Shown piece by piece: positions 10,960 through 25,669 of a DNA stretch of 64,000 nt. This DNA is from Gonapodya sp. JEL0774 (taxonomy: Eukaryota), in assembly GCA_027604505.1 (NCBI GenBank), contig JADIIX010000035.1, forward strand, positions 62,001 through 126,000. The letters are read 5' to 3'. The notes under the pieces are model-generated. The model made no database searches. It worked only from the letters and a program-made list of their open reading frames with translations, and was not told the DNA's origin. A program made the position numbers and the translations under genes. The first letter of the stretch is position 1. Each line of letters starts with the position of its first letter.

Positions 10960-13900
10960 TCAATAAATCCCAACTTCCTGCTTCACCCGCTGCTTCTTCC
11001 ACTCGGGAATCTTGATAAAAGACTCTCTCGTCATTTTAAACAGAGTCTCAAAATCGCTGTCCGAGAGTAGCTCCTCCAGCTTGGAAACATCGATGTGATG
11101 ACGCTCTGAGATTGCCTGCGCACCACCCCCAGTTTGGAGCGTGGAAGAGAACTGAAGCACTTCAGATAGCGTAAAGGTTGTTCGCGTGAGGCTGAAAAAC
11201 AGTGAGCGATAAGTGTGATGTTCGGCAAGTACTTCTTTTGCTCCTCCCATTAACGTACTCTTCGAGCGCCTCTTTGGCCGGGCGACGTTCAAAGGTATGC
11301 AAGGTTGAGTCACCAGTTTGTCGTCGCCAGCCTTGAAAGCGACACGTGAATGGTGGAGGTTCGCGCCCCGAGTCAATGACCCACACAGAAGGGGAACGCT
11401 TGGCTGTCTCGACGAATTTCTACGTGTCGGGAGGGATTCCACACTCCAAGAATGAACTTCACCGATGGAGGTTAAAGTAACCCACCAGAATCGTTCGTAA
11501 ACCGACTGTTTTCTCTTGTGGTTTCGCGTTGCATAACCTGACAAACACCTCCTCGCCATTGTCGCACATCAGCACGGGTACCTCTGCAAGGTCATCTTGC
11601 GTCACCAAGAAGAGTTCATCGCACTTATTAAAGGCAAAATTGAAGCGTTCGCGTCATTAGATCACCATTCCCAGCACTAAAATGAAGGCACTGAAGTGAT
11701 GTGGCAGAGTCTCACCATCACATTCCCGACACCAATGGAAAATCCAAAAAATCGGTTTGATATTGACGTCGAGAGGTTTTCAACCGCACGCTGCCATTCA
11801 TTCGCTTCCCACTTATGGCGCCGCAGGAGATCGTGAATTTCTGCTGTCCCGGCTACAAGTTTGAACTTGCCGCTCGGCGTCTTGTGGGTCCCAAAAAGAA
11901 ACTGGCAGTCTCGCGTTGCTTGGGATTCAAGAGATCGTCTTGCGGATTCATTGACGTGAGGTCCGTGGTAAATAATTGCCAACTCTTGTGGAGGAATGAG
12001 AACCAAGGACGCAAACGGGTAGAGTGAAATGTCTTAATGGGAGCAAGGTGAGGACTATTCGCAGTTGTGCCTACATAGATCAACGAGAAGCAAACACGTA
12101 CCTCGTACTTCACACTCCCACGCGGTGAGATTACCCTGCTCCGATTCACGAACATCGAAAACAGTCAGACTTCCCCGAGCTTCATTTCGATCTCTAGCAC
12201 CCCTCTCCACCAGAGGGTCCCTTCCTATCTTGAAGACAACCAAACCACCCAAGATCTTTACGAAATGTGAAGGCTCTTTCCCTTGCATGACACGGACTTG
12301 CTGAACCTCCCCTGCCCCTTCCTTACCGAGCTCCACCGCCAAAAGCGCTGCTGTTCCCTTTTGTGTAATAGGACTATCGCGGCCTTGCCAAAAGTACGCA
12401 ACTCGCTTGTCGATTTGTGAAGTTCCTCCCACAGCTGGACGGTATCGATAAATCATGAGGTACGAATCGCTCTCAAATAACACGTTGTGGCGGCTGGGCG
12501 GTACATCAACCCGGCTGAATTCATTTACGAGATAGACGGATAGATTTCCTGGTTCCTTGCCATCATCGTCCACGACGGCTTCTTTCGGTTTGTTTTGCGC
12601 GGCGTTAAAGATCGAAACATCGATGTCAGTTTGAGCCAAAGACCGTGCAATGCGAGCTGGCCCTTCTTCCGCTGGCCTCATGGAAATTGGCAAGGAGCCT
12701 ACGTAATCTACGAATTTATCCTGACAAGGCCACAAGAGGATGGGAACCAGTGAGGAATATATCGACTGGTACGGGCTCACCTTGAACAGCACGCTCTCCT
12801 GACCTTCATTGGTTTTCATAATCACAACATATCCCGGACATCGTTCATTTCCTTCACCTTTCATACTCACTTCGACCTCAGACATCCTCAACGACACTGC
12901 CTTCCATATGTTTGAAGCCAACTCCCTGAGATCCATGGGAGAACCTTTTCCTACCCACAGAAGCACTTCACGGTCCCCTCCAACGACCAGGTAGCAGGAA
13001 CCAGACTTGAGCAAATTCTTGGAGGGAGCGATACCCTCATAAACGAGCTCCAACCGTTTCCGAAACACCCTGCAAAACTGTACTTCAAGCACTTTGATGA
13101 TCCGTGGTCTCGGCGTTCTATTTGCCAACGAGTCATCTCCTCCTAAACAATCACCGTCCCCATTGCCTGCCACAACCCCTTCCCCTTTCTCACTCCCAAG
13201 AACCTTCCAAAACTGCGGCCACCCACTATCTCGTTCATCCACAACACATATTCGCGGTCTGTTCTGTCTCTCCTTACGTATTCGCGATGCCCAATCCATT
13301 GCTTGCCCGCGGCAGACTCGCGACGAGTCTGGACCAGCCCAGCGGTAGATAATATCGCCAGCATCGAGAACAGCACAAATAGAGGGGTGAAGGTGCGAGT
13401 AATGCAAGGGGACCGGATCGGTGACCTTAGCCACCGAAGGAAGGAAAAGATGAAGACCATGTCCACATTGCATCACAGACCCAGCCCTCTGCAGAAACTC
13501 ACCAGTTTCACTGCGCCGCTTATCACTATCATTAATGGAGCTTCCTTCCTCGCCGCCATTGTCCCATCCACTTCAAACACATGCGGCTGTTTCCTCCCCA
13601 CCAACGACGTGCTCGCCATTGTAACTATGCTTCTCCCGGCCCTAGCCCCAAGCAATCCCAGATCAACCTCGCTTTTCACTCCAAGTCTTCCTAGCATGTC
13701 ATACGACCGAAGTCGTTGTCTCGCCATCTCCGCGCAAAACCTGTCCCGCGCTCTTGTTGAACTCACACCATGCACAATGGCTGACCCATCAGCGAGTCGA
13801 GTTCGGAACCAAGCGGTGCTTCGGAAACGACCCGGAAGCGGCGGCAGTCCCGGACGAGGGACATTAGCCGTTCTGGTCGCCGTTTCGTTGGGTGATTCAC

Positions 13901-16900
13901 ACACCTCAACAAAAATGATCTCGGCAGCCTTCACTACCCTCTCAGGTATCCTCGCGACACAAGCCTCGTAGTAGAACATGTCGCCCTCGATCATCGCAAG
14001 CCACTTAGCTCCCTGCATAAGTTCGCCCTTGCCCTGCTTGTCGCTCTCACATAGCACTTCCACCTCAATCTCTTGGCATTCACCAGCCTCACACCCCACA
14101 GAGCCCACATTGTCAATAACGTCTCGGAATGCCACTACCCACTCTGCGGCATCCCTCGCGCTTCTGCACTTGAAAAACTCTGCCCGCCCATCTGCCATTG
14201 TCACTTGCACCACGTCCATCCCACCTCCGCCTCCTTTAACGTCCATTACCCCTCCTGCTGTCATGTCCGCCAGTCTTGCGCTCATTACTTCACCTACATC
14301 CACCGCCTCAACGGGCTCTGAGCCCGGTCGAAATGTCCTCAGGTCTCCCTCGTGCATCAAGAGTATGCCGTCCGCGTCCAACGTCGCCAGCCGAGGCCGC
14401 CATGTTTCCGGTGGTGCGGGTCGAGCTTGGCCTGCATGTGTCACTGGTCCAAGATGTTCAACAGCAGACATGAGGAGAGACGTTTGTCGCAGGACTGTTG
14501 CTCGCCTAACCAGGTCTTGGCTCCCGCCCGCGGTAGTCCTTGTCAACTTTCCCGACGAACCCAATTCCTTTGTTCTCTCGTTAACCAAACTAACGAATAC
14601 GTCTCTCATCCTCTCATCTCCAAACCTCATCCTCCAAACAATTGTTCCGTCCTCCACGGTAGCACCAAACCCCCCGACACCGCTGGCTGCACCAGGCACA
14701 TACGGCACGGTGTCAACTCTAACGATCTCGTCCAGCCATACCGAGCCCGCGAGATTGTACACTCGGTCTGACCGAGGACCTATTGTGGACACGGTACTTC
14801 TGCTTAAAAACCACACTCTCCCTTTTCTCACACATACCCTTCCAGAAACCCACGGTCCCTCTGCTCGCGCGAACCCTACCGATCCACCGGCTATCGCAAC
14901 TTGCCCAGTGCCTCCTTGACCACCACCACTGTGCCGCCTCAGCTCACATTCGGCCATGAACGGCGGAGGCGGGTATAAAGGCCTAGAAGATTGGGCAGGA
15001 GCCCGCACAGCCGCTGTATTGGCGCGACGGAGGGCTGCTGCCGCAGTTGGACGACGAGACAAGCCCGGTGATGGCGTGGGAGACCCGCGTGGGGAATCTG
15101 TCGAAGCCTTTCCACCAGTTGCTGCACCAAGAATATTGACGATGGACCCGGAGAGCACAGATGGCACTCTTGAATGCGCCGCACTCCCAGCACTCTCCAA
15201 TAAACCTCCTGTTCCGTCAAGAACCACCTCCGCCTCCAACATTCGCACCCAATCGTCGACCACAGTACCCCTCCCATCAAATTCTATCGCGATGCTCGGG
15301 TACAGCATTGCTGCAACAGGATCATCGACTGGTACAGTCATTGGTGTACTTTTGGAGGCAACCGTGGACTGAGCAGACACGGTCGCCGCACGGGACACGA
15401 GAGCTTCCCTTCGCGGGATATGAAGCGAGATCAAGTCGATGGAGCTGTCTGGGCTGGCCCGTTGAAATTTGGAGCAAGGTCAAAATACTTTACAGGGCGG
15501 AGAGAGTGGCAAGGTGGCTTAATGAGTCACTTACAGTATTCGCACGAATCTCCCTACTTCCCATTTCACTCTATCGTACCCTCCGGGGGGCTCTATATGT
15601 GCAAGGGCAGTCTCGATGTGCGGAGTGTTAATTTTATCGGTCAGATTGCACAATGACGGACAACACAACAGACAACTCACCGCTCCTTTATCCACTTTCG
15701 CCCATCCAATTTTCTTCCACTCCACGTTCCCACATTCGTCTGATGAACTTTCCTCATACCCCTCCTCCACCTCCCACCCACCAACGCCGGCTTCCCCTTT
15801 ACTCCACGTCCACGCCACTCCCCTTCGCTCATCCCATACGGGTATGGCGGCGCTAGGACCGTCAGGCAGGGGTATGGAGGAGATGAGTGACGTGGTTGAA
15901 GTATCAGGGTGCGAAAAGCATGTGGTGGAGAGTAAGAGGAACCGGCGGGAAGGCGGAGGTAGAGACAGAAGGAGGTATGGTGTGCCCAAAAGAGCAATAA
16001 GCGAAGCAGGGCGCGTTGGAGGGCTCGGTGCGGGAAGGAGCTGAGAGGAAGAGAAAAAGTGCGATGGTTCAGCAGAAAATCTTTCAAGTAGCCATTGGAC
16101 AAAGAGACTTCTGCGACGCTGCCAATTCTTTCCGAGATGGCAATCAATCCTGCCAAACGCGAACTCACCACCTTGACTCCACCTTCTCCACTCGCATGAA
16201 GCAACATTACCGCTCCATCTTGTGTCGCGACAGCGATCAGTGTAGACATCGGCCACGCGATATGGTATGGTGTGAGCGGAGATTGCGTCGTCGGGTCAGT
16301 GGGCGGTGGTTGCACGATTGAGGAGGATGGGTCCGAGGAGAAGACAGGAGGATGAACTGGAGGTAAAGGATTGGATAAATTTATGCACCGGAGTTGAAGC
16401 ATCCGGTGGACGTCCCATATTCGGATGGTAGAGTCGCTGGGGAGTGAGGAGACATGAGGCAGAGCAAGAGGGGATCGGTCAAAAGAGTTTGTGCTGAGCG
16501 TTCCAGATATGGAAATGAAAGAATGAATGATGGTCTGGTTCCATCTCTCCAGTTTGTACTCGGTAGTCACAGGTCCGGCAAGTAAGCAGGTTGTTGTGTG
16601 CTTGCACCTGGTGTTTCCTGAACTTCTGCACCTCCTCACCCCATTCCGCATCTACTCATGGCTGATCTTGACTTCGGCGTTCAAGCTAAGAATTGGAATC
16701 ACAATACTCACCTGGCTCCCGAAGCGAGCAATCCATAAACACACGGATGCCACTGAAAACACGAGACTTTTCCCTCGTGACCTGCCAGGTAGGCGTGAGC
16801 AACGTCCATGTGGAGTGCAGGTGGTTCATCTGAAGAGCTGAATTCAGAGGACACTGAGGAAGAGAAGACAGTTAGTCGGTCGAGAACAGCCGGTGAGATG

Positions 16901-17651
16901 GACCAAATGCGAATTATGAGGTCGTTGCGTGATGTGGAAGCGATAAGGAGGGTCTGGACCTCCGTTGAATTGGGTGACCTGTCTTCAGACTTGGCAAGGA
17001 CAACTCCAAAAGACGGGGAAAACTGAAACATGGACACCGGCAACGGATGAACAAATGCGACGGGTGGAGAAAGGACTCTGGTTGATTTTAGGGAAATCGT
17101 CGATGGAATGGGGAGGAGGGCCAGAGCAGTCGGGGAAGAGAGGGGGTAACCAAGAATGGTTGGGGTGGCCTTTGGTGGTCATTGTGTCCATCCGAGAGCG
17201 CACGAAAATGCCATCAAGGGAAAGTAATCGATATCAAGGAATACACGTACACAGTTTCGAAGGGGATTCCAAGAGAATCATCGGCTTTAACACTTCTGTA
17301 TTCGTGCACTCAGCGCGTCAAACTCACCACAATTTTCGTCAGCGCCGTCGGCTCCGTCCTCAGTCCCACATAAACCGGTTTTGCACTCGTCGAGCCGTAC
17401 ATGTTCCGAAAGACGGACAGCGTTTGAGGTGCGGAACCACCGACTCCACGAATGCCCGTGCTCGCCACCGACCCGGAGGCAGACACGGCCGAGCCTGAGC
17501 GACTGTGCGTGATTGAGGATGAAGGGACGGGAAGTGTCCATGCCGCGTTTCCTCCAGCTGTCGTGGTGAGTCCCTTGGTCCCGGCCCCTCCCGCAGACTC
17601 TGCCCGTGTTAATGTCACGTCTGGTCCTAGTCGAAACGCCGACATTTTCAT
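10960..17651 (-). CDS. Villidin / class-4 coronin-like protein: coronin WD40, PH-like domains, gelsolin repeats, villin headpiece (multi-exon)
   Basis: Coronin-like N-terminal motif SVFRNMYG. WD repeats LAGHEGKVSCFQWHPCVYGLLASG and DSTIRIWDV. PH-like segments WRPRLATLD...FFKCRSARDAAEWVVAF. Gelsolin repeats LDAGDIIYRWAGPDSS, VLLWVGKGS and AYFWQGRDS...VRVMQGKEPSHF. Headpiece LLSDSDFETLFKMTRESFIKIPEWKKQRVKQEVGIY*. Confidence 0.85.
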
Positions 17652-19415
17652 TCACTGTTTCGCAGTGCGATGAGCGATTTGATGGGGAATCGATGATATT
17701 TTTGAATGACTGTTGGAATTGCCGCACCAGCCGGGTTTTTTATGGCTATCCCAACTCTAAATGGACTGAAACCCCAATGCCAACTTTTTGGAATCGGAAA
17801 GGTCCCGGAATATGATTGTTCATTGTGCCGCGACCAAGCCTCTGGCTCTTGAACCTCGTCTCTCGGTTGGCGTTCATATGGGGAATCGTTTCCCGCATCA
17901 GGAGCAAATAGACGGGAAACGGACGGATCACTCGCACAAATAAACGAAAATGCGTGACTGATCGGCGGCGATCTGGGGAATCGGTCCTATTCATCGTCTT
18001 CGTTCATTCATCTGGGAGGATTCCTTACGTTTTACACACCTCACCCCCTTATCTCAAAACGAGTTTTCCGAACTGCCGAAGCGTCTGGATGCTTCTCTGA
18101 GTTTCTCGATTGCAGCCATCCTCGTCAAATCTCCGGATTCCCTATGCTTTACGCACCCTCACCCACATTCGGACGTCGCCGTACCACTCATGACACTGTA
18201 CTTAGTCTGGGACACACTGGAGATCCGCACACATCTCTGACAGATGGCGTTCAAGAGTCAAAAGTCATGTGTCTCCTTTGTGGAAGTCACTCGGGAACTC
18301 GAGAGTTTTGCAGGGATCCCACAAAGGATAGAGTATTATAGCTGGTGAACTTGTGCCAGAATAACAGCTCGGGAGATTGAATTACAGAATGTGTGGGATC
18401 AAACGCGGGAAGGATGGCCGAAGACAATGGCGCAAATGAATCATACTCAGGGAACTACCTCTCCCGGTATTCAAATATGAATCATTGTTATCCTTCACTT
18501 TGTAACTCTTAAACACGTCAGACTATAGCGGTAGCAGTCACCTTCTTCACATTTTGCACGGATGAATATTTCTGCGAATGCCGAATGAAACGGGGGGATG
18601 CCGGAACTTGTCCCAAGCCCCACACATCTCTAGAAACAAATAGTTATATTTCATTGTCCGCCCTCCAGCGTACTTGCACGCGGCTGGGTGCACATAATTG
18701 TGTGACGCGCAGCACAAAGTCCTTGCAGTTTGTTGGATTTCATGTCACTCTACCCTATCCACGTCCAATAAACACCGCCTTCGGAACTCTGACCGCCACA
18801 AAACAGTCAGCCCACTGGATGGCAAAAATCGGCAGAGCAATATGACACCAGCACATCACTCCGCTGAACGATATTCTGTCCTGAACATTCCAAAGTGGTG
18901 AGATTCGGAGTAAACTCATTAATGCTGGATGCCATCCACTCACCCAAATCAAGCATTCGCTGACTGTATCTGCGGAAACTCAACCGAAGTGTCCTCACAC
19001 CAAGAAGAGGTTTGGAACGATTGTGTGGACGGTCGGTGAAGAACTCACGATCAAGTTGTATTGTATTGACAGAGCCAAAATAATCCACAAGAAGATTCCG
19101 AACATCAAGTGGGCACTCGCGCCCGGCTGATACGGATTGAGCGCTGACCATAAACGTTGAACGGTCGAGACATGTATTCGATTGGCAAATGCAACATCCG
19201 CTATAACGGTCTCGTGACTCAAGTTTTGAGGACAGCATCACGATCTCTCTCGCGCAGCAGAGGCATAGATTAAAACATATAAAAACAACATTTATCCAAA
19301 CGGGCGTATGATAATTGACCAAAACAGACAGACGATCGGTGGGGATGGGACGGAAGTTTCGAATCGGCACGAAATCACCCGCATTCCGCCACTGCAGTAA
19401 ATTCCTGCCATCGCG

Positions 19416-21331
19416 ATGGTAGTCCCCTTGTCCTCCCCTGCCATCAACCTTATCGCGGTTGACTTGTCCAAGATTCGCAATGGGACACAGTCAGAGCGAG
19501 AAGCTGAAGCCCTCAAGATATTAGACGCTGCCACCGGCGTTGGGTTTATGTGTGAGAACCAAGGAAATAATAATAAACCACCGCTAGATCTCGCGATGAT
19601 GTAGAATCTGGCGCGCTGCTGACGGTGATCATCCATCCACAGATGTCACAGGCACTGGTCCCAGTGAGACGGAGGTGGATGATATGTTCGACATGTACCA
19701 AGAGTTTTTCGCGCGGCCTTTCGAAGAAAAGGATAGGCGAGTCACTACGAGTTTGCGTGCAAAATTTGCCGCTGAAAACGAATATTCATGTCACCTTACA
19801 GATATCGAAAGCAAGGCCCTGGTATGGACTTCATCCGTTTACATCTCTTCTTCGCAGCAGTAAACTCACAGCTCACAAAATATCACCACAAGCCTCAAAC
19901 TTTGGCGGATTCGCACCCCTTGACGGACTCCTCGGACCGTCAAAACCGTTCGACTTTTGGAAAGCTGCGGGGAATCCCGCTGGATCCACTGCGTTCAAGG
20001 GTGAATTACTCTGTTGAATGGGAAAGTGTCTGCTTATGTGGAGGGATTGACCAATTTACTTGCTCGGGTCTTGGTTTACAGAGATGCTCTCGATTCCTAA
20101 TCGTGCCATGAAAGAATGGTGGGATGGGTATGAATTGCCCGAACAGGTCAAACAACGGGAAAAGGTGTACGATAAATTTATCCAGGTATGCTCAAAAGCG
20201 TTTGTTGTCGAATTTTGCTTGAAGCAGCAGCTCTGTCTTGTGTGTCACCATCGAACTCAACAGGACGTCCAATCCATGTGTGTCGACATTCTGCGCGGCC
20301 TAGCTATCGCACTTCGTGTTCCTGAATCGATGGGGGGTGCAGACTATTTCTTAGCGGCGCACGATTTCGAGGGACAAAGTCAGAACTTTTTGAGGTGAGA
20401 TTCTCACGTTGAAGTTGTTTTGAAAACTGGGCAAAACTCTCGGAAATTTGCAGGTGTCTGCATTACCCACCGTTGCCGGAAGGGGAGGACAGTTTGGAAG
20501 GTGTAATGAAGTCGAAAAGGTTTTGGCTTCCGGGGTGAGTTATCTCTCGATCGATCACGTAGCCGATCATACTCACATGACCACACACACACACGTGAAA
20601 CAGTCACTCGGATACAGGCTCTCTCACTATTCTGTTCCAACACGAAGGTGGCTCTGGATTACAAATCCGGCCCCTCATCCCCACAGTGGATGAGCAAACT
20701 GGCGAAACACGTGTCGGGTACTCTCCAGACTGGATCGATGTGCCACCAAAAAGAGGGTTTGCAACTGTCAATTTCGCGGATACATTGCAGTGGTGGACAA
20801 ATGGACTGGTAAAGAGCACTTTCCACAGAGTTGCTCCCGGTCCGGACGGGAAGGTGAGCTGTGGGGAGGATTACTCAGAGAGAGGCCTTCATAGATCATG
20901 CGCTGATTTACTCGTGTGATAGGCGAGCCACCATCGGTACAGTATTGGGTGGTTTCTGTATGCCAATGTAGGTCTCCCACGCGCTCTCTTGGGTTTGACT
21001 GTCCTTCACTGGTGGACTTTTGCCGTACTCATGACTTTCATTGTTCATTATGAATCGTTGCACCACGGTCGCAAAGGAAACTGCCCATCTAACACCTGTT
21101 CCATCACCGTTGATCCCGACCGTGAGGGAGCACGGAATCGAGCACCACGGACTGGAGAACACGGGTTTCGTGACGGCAGGAGAATTCTACGAGTGGTGAG
21201 ATGACTTTGTATATTATTTGTTACTTCCTTCATTGGATATCGGGCTGCCGCCTCTTGATAGGTACAACAAGACATTCATTCGATCGATGGAAAAGCTCAA
21301 TAACCAACTTTCTGGCCAGTCCGGATATTAA
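19416..21331 (+). CDS. 2-oxoglutarate/Fe(II)-dependent oxygenase, IPNS/flavonol-synthase-like family (multi-exon)
   Basis: N-terminal VDLSK...ILDAATGVGFM. HxD in HSDTGSLTILFQ. VNFADTLQWWTNGLVKSTFHRV carries the distal His. RYSIGWF gives the RxS motif. Confidence 0.88.
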
Positions 21332-21527
21332 TGTTTTGAAGTGAATAAAAGAACGGGCGTTTTCAGGAATGTTTGCATTGGTTCCCCCGGCAATTGAAAC
21401 GCCGAAAAAGGAACGCATGAGATGATGACGCTCACGATTCGCAACTACAGAATCCCGATTTGGCTCTCAAAAATCAAAATCTCATCCCCATCGATTTCCC
21501 TCATCTATTCTCGAGATCTCATTCCAG

Positions 21528-23820
21528 ATGACATCACCCTCTCGTTGCCTTCACCTTGTTCGAACAGCAACTCGCGTTTGTTCTAAATCAATCTGCCCAG
21601 CACCCAGTGCCAGCCGTTTATCCTCGTCGTTATCGACATCGGGTCTCAGGAGCACCGAGTTTTCCCGAGCAGCCTGGTCGCAAGGTTCGGGAGGGTATGC
21701 AACATCGACTTCTGCACTGGAAGAGACAATTGTTGAAGGTGATTACTTCCCCTATCCGTGACTCACATCAACAACGCCCAGGGAGATTCAAGCACTGGAG
21801 AGCTCTAGAGCTCAATGTTTGACCTACCGATGTGGTTTCAGAAAACACCATTCGTCCCATGAGCCTTCACACTCTCACAGAAGATGAACAGGCAATGAAA
21901 GATACGGGTATGTTGTCAAGCTTTGTGTACCAATTATCATTTCTCATTTCTCTGCTATCTCATCTCATAAACCAATGAAACGGTGGGAACGGTTGCGTTG
22001 GACATTTCTCATCCCCAGTCGCGCGCTTTGCCCGAGACTTTGTCGCTCCCAAATCAAAGCAAATGGATGAAGAGGAGAAATTCGACGAAGGGGTCATGAC
22101 AGCATTGTTTGAAAACGGGGTGAGTCTAAACGAGACCATGCGAAGCTCAATCCTCCGACCGACCATGCTGTCTTCAATTCTCGGACTGCTAGCTTATGGG
22201 CATCGAGGTTTCCCCAGACTACGTTAGTCGCCGTTAAGCTCAATCATCGCGCTTCGTGAAGATTCATGACATCTCCCACTCTTCAGGGCGGCTCAGGATC
22301 CTCCTTCATGTCGTCTATCGTTGCTGTGGAAGAACTCGCCCGTGTCGATCCCGTGGTGTCTCTGGTTATCGACATTCAAAACACTCTTTCCAACACAATC
22401 CTGAGCAAGTACGGGACGGAGGAGCAGAAGCAGAAGTATTTGACGAAGATGGCGACCGAAAGTGTGAGTTGCATGCTTCCTGGGGGACTCGGGACTCATT
22501 ACCAGTTCGTGAGGAGCTTCCAAAAATGGATGTGTTATTGTAATTTGCTTGGATAATGAATGGTACTGATCTACTGTTCCATCATTTGAATCTTTTCATC
22601 TGCATTTCGGGGTGAAACCACCAGCTGTGCTCCTTCTGCTTGTCCGAATCCTCTTCGGGCTCCGACGCCTTCGCGATGAAAACCCTCGCAGTCCCTTCCT
22701 CCACATCGGGCACACCAGACCACTGGACCCTCACCGGCGAAAAGATGTGGATATCTCAAGCCGAGGTGGCTGATTTCTTCTTGGTGTTTGCTCAAACCGA
22801 CCCCGCCAAGGGCTACAAGGGCATCACGTGCTTCATGGTAGAGAAGGAGTGGGGCGTGAAGATTGGACGCAAGGAGAAAAAGCTAGGAATGCGGTGAGTC
22901 TGCGTCGGTGACTTTTATATCCACGCCTGTCGTTTTCTATCGAAGCATCAACAAACTTGTACGTTTCACAGTGCGTCTCCAACCTCCACTGTCATTTTTG
23001 ACGGTGTGGTCGTGCCAAACGCCAATGTCGTGGGAAAAGTCGGCGAGGGATACAAAATTGCCATCGGGTTATTGGTGAGTTTCCCGGACTTGCTTATTAC
23101 CACTCAAAGACGCCACCGTGATACATCCCACTGATTTGCAGAACGAAGGCCGCATCGGCATCGCAGCTCAAATGTTGGGTCTAGCGCAGGGCGCGTTTGA
23201 TACGGCCATGAAGTACATTCTGGAAAGGAAACAGTTTGGAAAAGTAGTAGCGGATTTCCAGGTAGGTCGTGTGTCATCGGCGTCTCCAGCTTGCTACTGC
23301 CTCCCAGCGTCACATAAAGAAAAATACCCTTCCTAGGGCATGCAATTCCAATATGCCCAAGTAGCAACCGAGCTTGAAGCGGCACGCCTTATGACTTACA
23401 ACGCCGGTCGGATGAGGGACCAAGGGCTGGATTTCCGGATGCAAGCGAGTATGGCGAAGCTTTACGCGAGCCAAGTCGCCGAGAAAACCGCCAGTTTGTC
23501 GATTGAGTGGTGCGTGTAATTTGCGTTTGTTTCTGTTGTGGCGGAAATGAAACCCGACAGCGTGTCTATTGTCGAACGTCCCGCGTTACTTTCATAGGAT
23601 GGGCGGAATCGGGTTCACACGGGATATCCCCGTGGAGAAATTCTTCCGGGATTGTAAAGTCGGGAAAATTTATGGTAAGGCTTTCCGCGCTCCCCGTGTT
23701 TATTCGTTTGGAATACAGAATGACTGTGCAACTTTCTCACCTCGACACCATCAAACAGAGGGTACGTCCAACATCCAGTTGCAGGGCATCGCCAAGATGA
23801 TTGCGGATAAGTACAAATGA
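21528..23820 (+). CDS. ACADSB: Mitochondrial short/branched-chain acyl-CoA dehydrogenase (multi-exon)
   Basis: Arg/Ser-rich presequence; [104 protein letters not shown]. Confidence 0.9.
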
Positions 23821-24017
23821 GTATCGGAACTATGTTTGCGTAGAGAGTCGGGATTGTGGTGGGAAAGTATGCAGTTGATTGCAGCTATGCGTGCAAATTC
23901 AAGAACCTTAGGCAATGCAATGCCATTGTATTATTTTACGCAAACCAAGCAAAATCAAAATCAATCAACCAAATAATACTCGGACAATTCGTGCCCCTCC
24001 ACCTCCCTCCCACGCTA

Positions 24018-25669
24018 TCAAATCATGACCGTCCTCATCCCGTCCACCAACACCCCCACTTCTCCCCTCTCTTGAGCGCCTTCAACATCGCCTCTCTCCT
24101 TCACCTTCCCTTTCCCCTTACTATCCTTCACCGATCGGTCGGCATTCTCTCCTCCGACAACACCTCCTCCAGACGCCCTTTCTCGCTTTCTTTCCATGGC
24201 ACGTTCCTTTTGTGCCCGCTTGGCCTCCCGCTTTGCGGCGTTGCGGGATGGCCTTGTTGGTGCAGGAATTGTTGATGGGGCTGTCGAGGTTTGGGAGTGG
24301 GGAGCGGTATCGGTGGTAGGTAGTGATGTGGAGGCGGGTGGTGGTTGGTGAATGGATTGTAGAGGAAGTGGAGATTCGTTCGGTTGGGAAGTTGGAGCCT
24401 CAGCAGACACGGGACCATCGGAGGTTGTAGAGATGTGAGGCGGGTCGGCCGGGGCAGGTGTTGATGGAGAATTTTTTTGGATAGAAGAGCTTTTCGCCAT
24501 GTCACTTGTGGGTATGGACATTGGTCCTGCCCCCGCTTCCGTGGAACTGCTCGCCACCAGCGCAATTTCGAGCTCGGGTACTCCTTCGTCCCCGATAGGT
24601 CCAAACACCCACTCATCATCATCTGAACCCTTGTCGGCATCAGCGTCTGCACCGTATCCTTGTTGCCACAACTCTTCGAAAACCCTGTTGACGTTCATTC
24701 TGTACTTGTCCAAAAGAGCCCTCACACGGTGGAAATCCTCTTCTCCCGTCGTTTGCATTATCATACGTTCAAGAGAGGTTGGTTGATGAGCGGGCGGAGG
24801 TTTCGAGGTGGATGCAGTGGTTGAGGAGGAGGATGTACCTCCAGCAGCGGATGGAGGTGCAGGAGCTGTTGGAGTGATGCGGATGTTGGGAGGTCCGGTA
24901 TGGGGGCCCAAGATGTTGCGTACTGATGAGTCTGGATGTGGAGAGGTGAGGTGCCCAATATAAGGATTGAGTGGGGCGGAAGGGGGGGGGGGGCGGGCGG
25001 GGGGGGGCAAGGAGCGCCCAAAGATGCAGTCCAGTACGTACAGTGTTCCCAGCGGTGGTAGACGATATGAATCATCCTGCCAGCCGGTCTTCCGTCCTCC
25101 CTAGCTCTGACAATCCACACCGGCTGACCCAACTGGTGCACCGCGACATCGACAGCCTGGGCCCTCGCAAACGCCACCACCTCAAGATTTTCGCCATATG
25201 TGCCATCTCTGCGCATCCTCGCGAGGTGTCTGTCGAAGGGGTCATCTTCGTCACAGAACGGGGAGAAGGAGTCCCGGTTCTTCGCCATGTACTCGCAAAT
25301 TTGGTGGCGGATGGCACCGTGCTGGGTATGCGGGTCACCATGAACCTGCTCGCTCAATGCACGGAAGAGACAGTTGCCGTCGCCTGTTACGAAAGAAGTC
25401 TCTTTATCCAACCCAACCGTTCACTTCCGTAGTGTTCGCAGCTCACCCGACACGTCACTGAGGCGCAATCCAAGCATACCCAGCTGGGCGTTCAAGTCTC
25501 CCGTATCGTCGTCCACCCATTGCGACTTTCTTTCTCGTCGTGCAGATTTCGACGACTTCGTCTCCTTCACCTCCTTGCTCGTCGCCGCTGAAGGTGGGGC
25601 TGCCTTCCTCTTCTCAGTTTCCTTAGATTTGTTGGCATTTTTGGCGTTCGCATCTTTCTTGCGAGCCAT
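24018..25669 (-). CDS. OTU-domain deubiquitinase, OTUD3-like (multi-exon)
   Basis: Catalytic GDGNCLFRAL, then YGENLEVVAFA and HIVYHRWEHYSSVRN. A UBA-like segment LERMIMQTTGEEDFHRVRALLDKY follows, and the C-terminus is basic. Confidence 0.88.

Noticed and set aside
13303..16044. Long plus-strand ORFs (for example 13978-14919, 313 aa)
   Set aside because: Antisense shadows of villidin exons. They are Ser/Pro/Thr-biased with no recognisable motifs.
18807..19370. 187-aa minus-strand ORF between villidin and the oxygenase
   Set aside because: No recognisable motif or splice support. Probably a chance ORF in a divergent promoter region.
24981..25008. G-runs suggesting a frameshift in the OTU gene
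   Set aside because: They lie inside a GT-AG intron, and splicing restores WEHYSSVRN in frame.
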